Assembly: GCF_963921235.1 (NCBI RefSeq)
Contig: NC_086104.1
Coordinates: 144,274,001-144,338,000 of the forward strand
Origin: Mobula hypostoma
Taxonomy: Eukaryota
Direction: 5' to 3'
Length of the DNA: 64,000 nucleotides
Both the position numbers and the translations under genes were made by a program. Positions 52,456-64,000 of the stretch are shown here, piece by piece; within the stretch, counting starts at the first letter, position 1, and each line of letters opens with the position of its first letter. A model generated the notes under the pieces. That model saw nothing but the letters and a program-made list of their open reading frames with translations, was not told the DNA's origin and searched no databases.

Positions 52456-55400
52456 GTCAAAACTGAAACTTCTTATTTTAAATGCAGATTAATTTTTACT
52501 GCAAATTTAAATACTTCTGGGTGAAATTTGAACTCATCTCTTTGGGTTAGTGGTCTAGAACCCCTAACTCCCGGTAACTTAACCTCTTTCAGCATCCCCA
52601 ATTTGTACTTGCCCAGATGCCAGTCTTCAGTTCAGATTTCAGATTTGGATTGTGAAATGCATCATTTGCGCCAATAACCAACATACCCAAAAGTGTGCTG
52701 GGGGCAGCCTGCAAGTGTCACCACATGTTCCAGTGCCAGGTTAAGAAGGGAAATTAATTAGGCACATCTGATTGTCAGATGGGGTGCAGCAGATGAAGGT
52801 TTCTGCTTTGTCCTGGTGTGGCTGAATAATCTGACAGACTTAAAGGCCACGCTATGAGAACAGTTACCAGAGAGGGACTGGCTGCCCTAAAATTGTTACC
52901 TCCCCACCTCTCTCTACTGAACAGCTTCAGCAGGAAGCTACTTTGGACAGGATTCCAAGTTTAACAAAAGTATTTTTGAATGGATTAGGAAGATGTCAGT
53001 GTTGAGAAATAACACTATATGAGCCTAAATTCATGCAGTAGAAAATTTAGAAATTAGGACACCATTCAGTATACTATACTAGTCAAGAAATAGCTGCCTA
53101 ATCTCATTCCACATCCTGCACAAGGCCCATAGCTCTGCAGGTTACAACTTTTCAAGCACTGCATCCAAGTACTTTTAAAGATGTGGTGATGGTTTCAGCC
53201 TCAACTACTATCAAGTAGTAAGTTCTAGGCCTGTATCACCAGTGACATCTGTCCTTCAGCTCCACTTTAGACCTGTGACCAAATACTTTAAATCTACGCC
53301 AGTTGGTTTTTGATCTCATTTCCCTCACCACGGAAAACATATCCCTTTCTTATTCTGTCAAAGCTTCTTAATTTTACACATTTCAAAGATTTACCTACAG
53401 GCTTCTTTGTTCCAAAGAATGAATGCTAGCCTCTCCAGAAGTTCTTCAAAGTTATGTTTTTTAATGTTTCACCTGACTGTTTACCGGTTGAGTTTTACCT
53501 GGGGTCGGCCAGGACTCGTACCTTGATGTTTATGGTTTTAAGCTTCACTGCAGAGACTTGAACACAAAGTATTAGACGTGTGTTTCACTGCATTACCTAA
53601 GGCAGTTCATTGAGGATATGCCATCTCTTCCCCCTTCAGTTATTTAGACTGACGGCTCAGTTTTGAACAAAATCCAGCAAGGTGTGTATACTCCAATACC
53701 CTTAATCCAAAAAATTTCTGCAAATACTTGTAAAGTAGCTTTTTGCTTGATAATCTCAGCAATGTCCTTTCAATTATTCCAGTTTATTAAGTTAAGACTT
53801 ATTAGTGCTAGATCCAAAGCACATTATTTCAGTAAAACTTTGACCTCAAGCCATAATATTGTATTACAGTTCCTGTTTATCGCACTGTGCATCTTTAGCT
53901 TAGTGTGAAACTGTACCATTGGGAGATAGAGATAGATAGTTTGAAGTTCTTTCAGGTGGTTTCTTGGAAATCAGCACTGACACCTGGATGCGATTTAGAG
54001 TGAGAGATTATAGAACAGTACAGCACAGCACAGGAACAGTTCATTCAGCTCATGGTGTCTGTGCTGAAAATAATGCCAAATTAAACTAAATCTCTTTTGC
54101 CTCCACGTGATCCGTATCCCTCCATTCCCTGCATTTTCCTTTATTTATTTTTAAAACCTTTTAAGATGCATCTGCTTTCACCACTGCCACTGGCAGTGTT
54201 AGGAAAAAACAACTTGCCTGCACATCTCCTTTAAATTCCACCTCTCTCACCTTAAATCCATGTCCTCTAGTACCAGAGGAAAAAGGATTCTGACTGTCTA
54301 CCCTTTCAATCCCTCAATTTCATAAACTACTTTCAGCCCTGAAAAGGGATCTAATGCCTTCCTGGCATATATGACGCATAAACTTCTCTCAGGCTTCCAG
54401 CTGGGTACTGGTATTAATTTTAACCATTTCGATGACAAACTCCGATATCTTCATCAGGGATGTTGCCAAGGCCCACCTAGTCAGGTGGTACTTATAACCC
54501 CATCGTCCATCCCTCCTGATTGGTTAGTCCTCAGCCAATCAGGTTTCTGGTGCTCCACCTATTTTACAATCGTATTCCAGTTCTTACTGAGAGCGAGACC
54601 TTCACCTTTGTTAAAATTCTATCAGTTCTCCCCTCAGCGTCCAACGTTCCAGATTAAACAATGATTTACACAATGCTTTACAGTACCAGCAAACCAGATT
54701 GAATTCCCACTGCTGCCTGTAAGTAGTCTGTGCATTTCTCCTGTGACTGCATGGGTTTCCTCTGGGTGCTCTGGTTTCTTCCCACAGTCCAAAGACATAT
54801 CGATTGGTAGGTTAATTGATCATTGTAAATTTTCCCGTGAATAGGCTAGGATTAAATTGGGGGATTGCTGACTCGAACGGCTGGAAGGGCCTCTTCCATA
54901 GTGTATGCCAATAAATAATATGGAAGCAAATGGATTGAATTTCGGAGGCAGTGTGCAAAGTCCCGATGTGACCAAGTAGGATAAATTTCTACACACAAGA
55001 TTCTCTAAGTGCAGAGCAACACAGACAAAATACTGGAAGAACTCAGCAGGTCAGGCAGCATCTGTGACAGGGAATAATCAGTGAATATCATGAGCTAGGA
55101 CCCTTCATCAGGACTGGAGACAAATTTCTGGATAAGCCTAGGGTGGCAGTGTTAACACATTTTTATCTTTCTTGCTTCTAATCAGTTCTTGGAAAATTTC
55201 CCAATTGACTCGATGACTAATACTTCAGAATTTAATGAAAGCCTTCTCTTTTATTACATTTTCAATCAGAAGTTCTGTCGGTATATGGTATATCACAGTG
55301 GGTATTAATTTCAAGCTTCTCAAATTAATCTCCACTTGCTTTGTTTGCTCCTTTCATTTTTATTTTTCAAAATATCTTGCTTGCTCATTCCTGAGAATTG

Positions 55401-56199
55401 GGTTTCTTTCCCTGTCCACCTTCCCCTTGTTTTTTGTATGCCATATGAGGCATGCAATAAGATCTGGGTTTGTTCATCCACACTGCCCTGCCATTTCCAT
55501 CCAGACCACGTTTCATCTTCCCCTCAGTCTTCCAAAACTGCAGCACTCAATGAATTTTAACTTGCATAGTGATTGGCAAAAGATTGCGGAGATCTAAGAA
55601 AAGGACTGCCAAGGATGAAAACGAATCTCGTAACAGCTGCACAGAAAAATGAGTCACAGGAAGTGTGATGAGAAGTGAAACTCAGTCAATTGAAGACAAA
55701 AAGGTATATATTGATAGAGGAGATTAAAAAAAAAGGCTAAAACACAGACACAAGTGTGAGTCCGTTGGATGAAGTGAATCAGGACAAGAACAGTGAAGCA
55801 TAAGGTCGGTTGTACAGTGAAGGATTGGTTTTCTTTTGACATTTTGACTAGTTCTGTATGTAGTCCATTTGAGCCTTCGCTAGTTCCAGATCAATATCAG
55901 TGTAAGTAATTCTTAGTAATAAGATGATAAGATTGCTGCCTGCATAGGCAATTAGGACATAGAACAGTAGAGCACAGGAACATGTCCTTCAGCCCACAAT
56001 ATTGTGTCAAACTAATTAAGCTACTGACACCAAATCCCCTCTGCCTACACTTGGTCCATATTCTTCATTCTGTAGATATTCCTGTGTTTAACTAAGAGCA
56101 TTATTGAGGAAAGACTCAAAGCTGCAGAAATGTGGTTTTTGAGAACTACTACTACTAGTAGTGAGAATTACTACTAAGGCAAGGCATTTTGAGAAGAAT

Positions 56200-56732
56200 G
56201 ATGAAGCATTCTTCTGGGGTGCATCACAGCCTGGTACAGAAGTTGTCCTGTCCAAGACTGGAAGAAGCTGCAGAAGATCGTGAACGCAGCCCAGCACATC
56301 ACACAAACCAATCTTCCATCCTTGGACTCACTTTACACCACACGCTGTTGGAGCAGCGCTGCCAGGAGTATCAAGGACACGACCCACCCAGCCAACACAC
56401 TTTTCGTCCCTCTTCCCTCTGGGAGAAGGCTCAGGAGCTTGAAGACTCATACAGCCAGATTTGGGAACAGCTTCTTTCCAACTGTGATAAGACTGCTGAA
56501 CGGATCCTGACCTGGATCTGGGCCATACCCTCCAAATATCCGGACCTGCCTCTCGGTTTTTTTGCACTACCTTACTTTCCCTTTTCTATTTTCTATTTAT
56601 GATTTATAATTTAAATTTTTAATATTTACTATCAATTTGTACTCCAGGGATCACGAAGAGCAGAATCAAATATCGCTGTGATGATTGTACGCTCTAGTAT
56701 CAATTATTTGGCGACAATAAAGTATAAAGTAT
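56200..56732 (+). mobile_element. Young Rex1/Babar-type LINE 3' end, distinct subfamily
   Basis: Open frame 56280..56510 (HPANTLFVPLPSGRRLRS...NSFFPTVIRLLN), CpGs retained, AATAAAGTATAAAGTA tail. Confidence 0.75.
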
Positions 56733-56765
56733 AATACCATGGAAAGACAGAGTAACAAATGAGGA

Positions 56766-56996
56766 CATGAGGAATCCTGCAGATGCTGGAAATTCAAACA
56801 ACACACATCAAAGTTGCTGGTGAATGCAGCATGTCAGGCAGCATCTCTAGGAAGCGGTACAGTCGATGTTTCGGGCTGAGACCCTTCATCAGGACCCCTC
56901 CTCGTCCTGACGAAGGGTCTCGGCCCAAAACGTCGACTGTACCTCTTCCTAGAGATGCTGCCTGGCCTGCTGCGTTCACCAGCAACTTTGATGTGT
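56766..56996. mobile_element. Palindromic mini-element made of two inverted Penelope terminal repeats
   Basis: ~95-bp inverted arms around a CCCTCCTC spacer; 14-bp TSD GTAACAAATGAGGA at 56752-56765 and 56997-57010. Confidence 0.85.
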
Positions 56997-57010
56997 GTAA
57001 CAAATGAGGA

Positions 57011-60000
57011 AGTGTTTTGTGAAGAGCCAGAATAAGAAAGACAGGAATAAGATAGGAAGTATGTGTGTGAGGCTGGTGTTCTGTGCTCGGTGTCAGATGT
57101 GGGAAGTCCTGGAGACTCCCAGCCTCCCAGACGGCCACATCTGCACCAGGTGCGTTGAGCTGCAGCTCCTTAGGGACCACGTTAGGGAACTGGAGATGCA
57201 GCTCGATGACCTTTGTCTGGTCAGGAGAGTGAGGAGGTGATAGATAGAGGCTATAGGCAGGTAGTCACACCAGGGCCTCAGGAGACAGATAAGGGTTAAC
57301 AGTCAGCAGAGGGAAGGGCAGGAGTCAGATGCTAGAGAGTACCCCTGTGGCTGTCCCCCTTAACAATAAGTACTCCTGCTTGAGTACTGTTGGCGGGGGG
57401 GGGGGGCACTATCTGGGGGAAGCAACAGTGGCCGTGCCTCTGGCAAAGAATCTGGCCCTATGGCTCAGAAGGGTAGGGAAAGGAAGAGGATAGCAGCAAT
57501 GATAGGGGATTCTATAGTTAGGGGGTCAGACAGGTGATTCTGTGAATGCAGGAAAGAAACACAGATGGTAGTTTGCCTCCCAGGTGCCAGGATCCAGGAT
57601 GTTTCTGATCACACCCACGATATCCTGAAGTGGGAAGGTGAACAGCCAGAGGTTGTGGAACATAATGGTACCAACGACATAGGTAGGAAAAAGGAGGAGG
57701 TCCTGAAAGGAGACTACAGGGAATTAAGAAGGAAGTTGAGAAGCAGGACCTCAAAGGTAGTAATCTCGGGATTACTGCCTGTGCCATGTGACAGTGTATA
57801 TAGGAATAGAATGAAGTGGAGGATAAATGTGTGGCTGAGGGATTGGAGCAGGGGGCAGAGATTCAGATTTCTGGATCATTGGGACCTCTTTTGGGGAAGG
57901 TGTGGCCTGTACAAAAGGGACAATTTGCACTTGAATCCCAGGGGGACCAATATCCTGGCGGGGAGGTTTGCTAAGGCTATTGGGGAGAGTTTAAATTAGA
58001 ATTGTTGGGGGTGGGAACCGAACTGAAGAGACTGGGGAAGAGGCAGTTGACTCACAAATAGAGAAAGCTTGTAGACAGTGCGAGAGGGAGGATAGGCAGG
58101 TGTCTGAGAAGGGATGGTTTGAGATGTGTCTATTTTAATACAAGGAGTATTATGAACAAAGCGGATGAGCTTAGAGCGTGGATCAATACTTGGAACTAGG
58201 ATGTTGTGGCCATTACAGAGACTTGGATGGCTCAGCGGCAGGAATGGTTACTTCGAGTGCAAGGCTTTAGATGTTTCAGAAAAGACGGAGGGAGGCAAAA
58301 AGGTGGGGGTGTGGCATTATTGATCAGAGATAGTATCATGGCTGCAGAAAAGGAGGAAGTCATGGAAGGATTGTCTACGAAGTCTCTGTGGGTGGTAGTT
58401 AGGAATAGGAAGGGGTCAATAACTCTACTGGGTGTTTTTTATAGACCACCCAATAGAAACAGGGACATTGAGGAGCAGATAGGGAGACAGATTCTGGAAA
58501 GGAGTAATAATAACAGAGTTGTCGTGGTGGGAGATTTTAATTTCCCAAATATCGATTGGCATCTCCCTAGAGCAAGGGGTTTAGACGGGGTGGAGTTTGT
58601 TAGGTGTGTTCAGGAAGGTTTCTTGACACAATATGTAGATAAGCCTACAAGAGGAGAGGCTGTACTTAATCTGGTATTGCGAAATGAACCTGGTCAGGTG
58701 TCAGATCTTTCGGTGGGAGAGCATTTTGGAGATAGTGATCACAATTCTATCTCCTTTACCATAGCATTGGAGAGGGATAGGAACAGACAAGTTAGGAAAG
58801 TGCTTAATTGGAGTAAGTGGAAATATGGGGCTATCAGGCAGGAACTTGGAAGCATAAATTGGCAACAGAAGTTCTCAGGGAAATGTACGGAAGAAATGTG
58901 GCAAATGTTCAGGGGATATTTGCATAGTGTTCTGCATAGCTACATTCCAGTGAGACGGGGAAAGGATGGTAGGGTACAGGAACCGTGGTGTACAACGGCT
59001 GTTGTAAATCTAGTCAAGAAGAAAAAAGCTTACGAAAGGTTCAAAAAAACTAGGTAATGATACAGATCTAGAAAATTATAAGGCTAGCAGGAAGGAGCTT
59101 AAGAATGAAATTAGTAGATGCCAGAAGGGGTCATGAGAAGGCCTTGGTAGACAGGATTAAGGAAAACCCCAAGACATTCTATAAGTATGTGAAGAGCAAG
59201 AGGATAAGATGTTAGAGAATAGGATCAATCAGGTGTGACAATGGAAAAGTGCGTATGGAACCTTAAGAGATAGCAGAGGTACTTAATGGATACTTTGCTT
59301 CAGTATTCACTATGGAAAAGGATCTTGGCGATTGTAGAGATTACTTACAGGGGACTGAAAAGCTTAAGCATATAGATATAAGAAAGAGGATGTGCTGGAG
59401 CTTTTGGAAAGCATCAAGTTGGATAAGTCGCCGGGACTGGATGAGATGTACTCCAGGCTACTGTGGGAGGCGAGAGAGGAGATTGCTGAGTCTCTGGCAA
59501 TGATCTTTGCATCATCAATGGGGACGGGAAAGGTTCTGAAGGATTGGGGAGTTGCGGATGATGTTTCCTTATTCAAGAAAGGGAGTAGAGATAGCCCAGG
59601 AAATTATAGACCAGTGAGTCTTACTTCGGTGGTTGGAAAGGTGATGGAGAAGATCCTGAGAGGCAGGATTTATGAACATAGTATCATTAGGAATAGTCAG
59701 CATAGCTTTGTCAAAGGCAGGTTGTGCCTTACGAGCCTGATTGAATTTTTTGAGGATGTGACTAAACACATTGATGAAGGTAGAGCCTTAGATGTAGTAT
59801 ATATGGATTTCAGCAAGGCATTTGATAAAGCACCCCATGCAAGGCTTATTGAGAAAGTAAGGAGGCATGGGATCCAAGGGGACATCGCTTTGTGGATCCA
59901 AAACTGGCTTGCCCACAGAAGGCAAAGAGTGATGTAGACAGGTCATATTCTGCATGGACGTTGGTCACCAGTGTGTGCCTCGGGGATCTGTTCTGGGACC

Positions 60001-60948
60001 CTACTCTTCGTGATTTTTATAAATTACCTGGATGAGGAAATGGAGGGATGTGTTAGTAAATTTTCTGATGACACAAAGGTTAGGGATGTTGTGGATAGTG
60101 TGGAAGGCTGTTGGAGTTTACAGCGGGACATTGATAGAATGAAAAACTGGGCTGAGAAGTGGCAGATGGAGTTCAACCCAGATAAGTGTGAGGTGGTTCA
60201 TTTTGGTAGATCAAATATGATGGCAGAACATAGTATTAATGGTAAGACTCCTGGCAGTGTGGAGGATTAGAGGAATCTTGGGGTCCGAGCTGCTGCACAA
60301 GTTGACTCTGTGTTAAGAAGGCATACAATGCATTCCCCTTCATCAATCGTGGGATTGAGTTTAGGAACAGAGAGGTAATGATACAGCTATATAGGACCCT
60401 GGTCAGACCCCACTTGGAGTACTGTGCTCAATTCTGGTCGCCTCACTACAGGAGTATGTGGAAACCATAGAAAGGGTGCAGAGGAGATTTACAAGGATGT
60501 TGCCTGGATTGGGGAGCATGCCTTATGAGAATAGGTTGAGTGTACTCAGCCTTTTCTCCTTGGAGAGACAGAGAATGAGAGGAGACCTGATAGAAGTGTA
60601 TAAGACGATGAGAGGAATTGATTGTGTGGATAATCAGAGGCTTTTTCCCAGGGCTGAAATGGCTAGCACGAGAGGGCACAGTTTTAAGGTGCTTGGAAGT
60701 AGGTACAGAGGAGATGTCAGAGTTAAGATTTTTATGCAGAGAGTGGTGAGTGCGTGAAATGGGCTGCCGGCAATGGTGGTGGAGGTGGATATGATAGGGT
60801 CTTTAAAGAGACTCCTGGATAGGTACTTGGAGCTTAGAAAAATAGAGGGGTATGGGTAACCCTAGGTAATTTCTAAGGCAAGGGCATGTTTGGCACAGCT
60901 TTGTGGGCAGAAGGGCCTGTATTGTGCTGTAAGTTTTCTATATTTCTA
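57011..60948 (+). mobile_element. Near full-length CR1 LINE, inactivated
   Basis: ORF1 Cys-finger/leucine zipper (57061-57240) and SGNH-esterase motifs (GDS ~57505, GTND, DxxH); ORF2 APE endonuclease (AITETW, YRPP, GDFN, SDH) and RT (YRPVSLTS, DFSKAFD, FSDD); stops and frameshifts; microsatellite-like 3' end. The 5' boundary is approximate. Confidence 0.92.
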
Positions 60949-60949
60949 A

Positions 60950-61215
60950 GAAGAGAGCTGATATCAATCAGTAAAAGGAAACCAGAATTTATGGGAGATG
61001 TTCCGAGGAAAGAGAAGCTCAAATATCTGACAGTGATGGGAAAAGTTAATGGAAGAAAAAGTTGAGGTCAATAGCCCATGACATTCCCAAGTTATAGCAA
61101 GGGATGGACAGGCAATAGTTTTGAAGAGCTTATTAGAACTTCTCAGAGTAAAGACAGCTAGAAGACCATGATTGCCCATGTCATACGACACGGCACATAA
61201 TGATCTTGATGCTAA
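60950..61215 (+). mobile_element. Short RTE-like 3' end
   Basis: GKVNGRK-like remnant and tail ATGATTGCCCATGTCATACGACACGGCACATAATGAT resembling 6217-6260. Confidence 0.55.
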
Positions 61216-62164
61216 TGCTCTAAGAACCACTTCATTGCCTCTATGACATCTGCCTCCACCATCATCCTGGTAGTTTATTCTTTCTTCCGTTTTCCATCAG
61301 GCCGAGAGACAACAATTCCACTGCTATCACACAAGTGGTCTGTTCTAGAGTGTGATACGATGGATTCTAGACCTCACAATCTACCTTGTTATAATCTTGC
61401 ACTTTGTTTTTCTGCACTGCACTTTTCCAGTAGTTTTTACACTTTATTCTGCATTATTATTGTTTTATCTTCTTCTACCTCAATGTACTGAGTAATCTGT
61501 ATGAGAAGCTTGCAAGACGAGCTTTTCACTCTAACCTGGTACATTTGACAATAATAAAACAATACCAGTAGGCTATCATGTGTGTATGTACGTGTGTGCG
61601 TGTAATTACAAAAAACGCCAACATTCCCTGGAACAGGTGGGGGAGGGGAAGGGTTGACGCTTTCCTGCTGCTCTGCTTGGGAGGGGGAGGGGGCTTTTCT
61701 GTCAATCATTGTTTGGGTTTTCTTCTGTTTCGTGGACGTCTGCGAAGAGTAAGAATTTCAAGTTGAATACTGTATACATTCTCTGTTATTAAATGGAACC
61801 TTTGAACATCTCCTTTGAACCTTTCCCCCTCTCACCTTAAATGCATCCCCTCCAGTACTGGACATTTAGAAGGAAAAAGACACAAGCTGTGTATTTGTCA
61901 ACATGGAGTGAAGAGCAAGTTTGTAAGTCTGGCAGGAGCAACGGGTGATGGGAATAATGAGGGTGGAGCTCCACTGGAGGGGTGTGGGACATGTGACAGA
62001 GAAGGAGTGCCAGGGGGTGGAGGTTAGTGTGGGTGCAGACACACCCAACCCTGAGACACCAGGCAAGGTCATTTGATTCCAAACAATTGGTTTATTGATC
62101 ATTACAGAATGTCTCTTTGATGCTTCCTGCTCCCTCCCCTCTCCTTTCCCCCTTTCCTAACCAA

Positions 62165-63170
62165 CAGGTTGAGTCTGTGGCAATTTTGGCATTTATTTCA
62201 AGGGAAATAGAATATAAAAACAAGGAAATAATGCTGAGCCTTTATAAGATGCTAGTCAGGCCGCACTTGGAGTATTGTCAACAGTTTTGGGCCCCATATC
62301 TCAGAAAGGGTGTGCTGTCATTGGAGGAAGTCCAGAGGAGGTTCATGAGCATCATTCCAGGAGTGAAGGGGTTAACATTTGAGCAGCGTTTGGCAGCTTT
62401 GAGTCTGTACTCACTGGAATTTAGAAGAATGCGGGGGATCTCTCTGAAACCTACTGAAAATGAATTGGACTAAAAAGGGTGGATGTGGAGAGGATGTTTC
62501 CTGTGGTGGAACGAGAGGGCACAGCCTCAAAATTGAGGGGCAACCTTTTAGAACAGAGTTAAGGAGGATTTTTTTTTCGCCAGAGAGTAGTGAATCTGTG
62601 GAATGCTCTGCCACAGTGTGTGGTGGGGGCCAAGTCCATGGGTATATTTAAGGGGGAAGTTGAGCATAGAAACATAGAAAACCTACAGCACAATACAGGC
62701 CTTTCGGCTCACAAAGCTGTGCCAAACATGTCCTTACCTGAGAAATTACCTAGGGTTACCCATAGCCCTCTATTTTTCTGAGCTCCGTGTACCTGTCCAG
62801 GAGTCTCTTAAAAGACTCTGTCGTATCCGCCTCCACCACTGTCGTCGGCAACCCATTCCACGCACTCACCACTCTCTGCATTAAAAAACTTACCTGGACA
62901 TCTCCTCTGTACCTACTTCCAAGCACCTTAAAACTGTGCCCTCTCATGCTAGCCTCTTCCGCCCTGGGAAAAAGCCTCTGACTATCCACACAATCAATGC
63001 CTCTCATCATCGTATACACCTGATCATTTCATCAGTCAGGACATCAAAAGATATTGGGAGAAGGGAGGTGTATGGGGTTGAGTGGGATCTGGGATCAGAC
63101 ATGATGGAACGATGGAGCAGATTTGACAGGCTGAATGGCCTAATTCTGTTCCTATGTCTTATGGTCTTAT
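62165..63170 (+). mobile_element. CR1 3' fragment with a nested inverted younger CR1 3' end (62665-63020, - strand)
   Basis: ORFs 62117..62473 (+) and 62756..63019 (-); the host tail resumes at ~63020. Confidence 0.85.
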
Positions 63171-64000
63171 GATTCTCTTCTCTCTGCCCCCTTCCCATAT
63201 TTAGTCCTTAATAGAGACCTATATCAAAGTCAGGTTTATCGTCGCTCACATACGTCATGAAATCTTTTTTTTTTGCGCCAGCAGTACAGTGCAATACATA
63301 TAATCTTATGAATTTCCATCAGGTATCCCTCAGTCTCTCTATGGAAAGCAACTCTAGTTTATCCACATATAGCATATGCCCTCTAATCTAGGCAGCATCT
63401 TGGTAAACCTCTTCTGAATCATCTCCAAAACCTCCACCTTTCTTGTACTGGGGTGACTAGAATTAAATGCAATACTCCAGATGTTACCTAACCAGAGTTT
63501 TACAAAGCTACAACATACAGTAACTTCCCGACTCTTAAACTCAGTGCCTCAACTGATAAAGGCAAGAATGCCATTTGCCTTCTTTCCATCTTTATCAACT
63601 TACACAGCCACTTTTGGGGAGTTATGGATTTGGACCTCAAAGTCCCTCTGCACATCAATGGTGTTAAGAGCCATGCCATTAACAGTGTACATTTTGATCT
63701 CCCACCAGCCTCTTCCCCATAGATTCTGTCTGCACTTTGTGGTCTCAGTAAAACAACTAATGTAATCAAAGACTGTACCACACTTCACATGATATCTTTA
63801 GCCTACCCCTCACCCCCCACCCCCTCCAATCAGACAGAAGATATTAAAGCCTGAAAGCACATACCATTAGGCTTCTATCCCTCTGACACTGACACTGTTT
63901 CCTTGCATGAGAAGTTAGACTGTAGACTTACAGTCTACCTTGCCATGACCTTGTACCTTACTGTCTGCCTGCACTACCTCTGTAGCTTTACTCTGCGTTC

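Noticed and set aside
57565-59057. Stand-alone esterase and endonuclease host genes
   Set aside because: They are ORF1 and ORF2 domains of one CR1 LINE with stops and frameshifts.

Overview
Eukaryotic, repeat-rich vertebrate DNA, most likely from a cartilaginous fish (inferred from the V-SINE/CR1/Penelope/Rex repeat landscape, not proven). Two spliced genes sit head-to-head with start codons about 1.36 kb apart. On the + strand is a complete 11-exon ACTR1B (beta-centractin/Arp1B; ATG 13223, stop 48900, 376 aa, all GT-AG introns). On the - strand are exons 1-3 of a MARCHF5-like mitochondrial RING-CH E3 ligase of the march5l/MARCH5B type (ATG 11867); the gene runs off the left edge. The rest is transposable elements: a near full-length decayed CR1 LINE, many CR1, Rex1/Babar and RTE fragments, tRNA-derived and V-type SINEs, two Tc1 derivatives, a tRNA-Ser pseudogene, a minisatellite and a 302-N gap. 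The most notable unexplained structure is a young Penelope-like family whose terminal repeat carries a minimal hammerhead ribozyme. It inserts with 11-14 bp target-site duplications and also occurs as protein-free ~180-230 bp palindromes. One inverted pair of copies brackets ACTR1B exons 3-5. There is also a rearranged Sleeping Beauty-like Tc1 with two right-type ends, a horizontal-transfer candidate. No prokaryotic systems or CRISPR arrays were seen. Comparisons to human, teleost and Sleeping Beauty sequences are from memory and need alignment.
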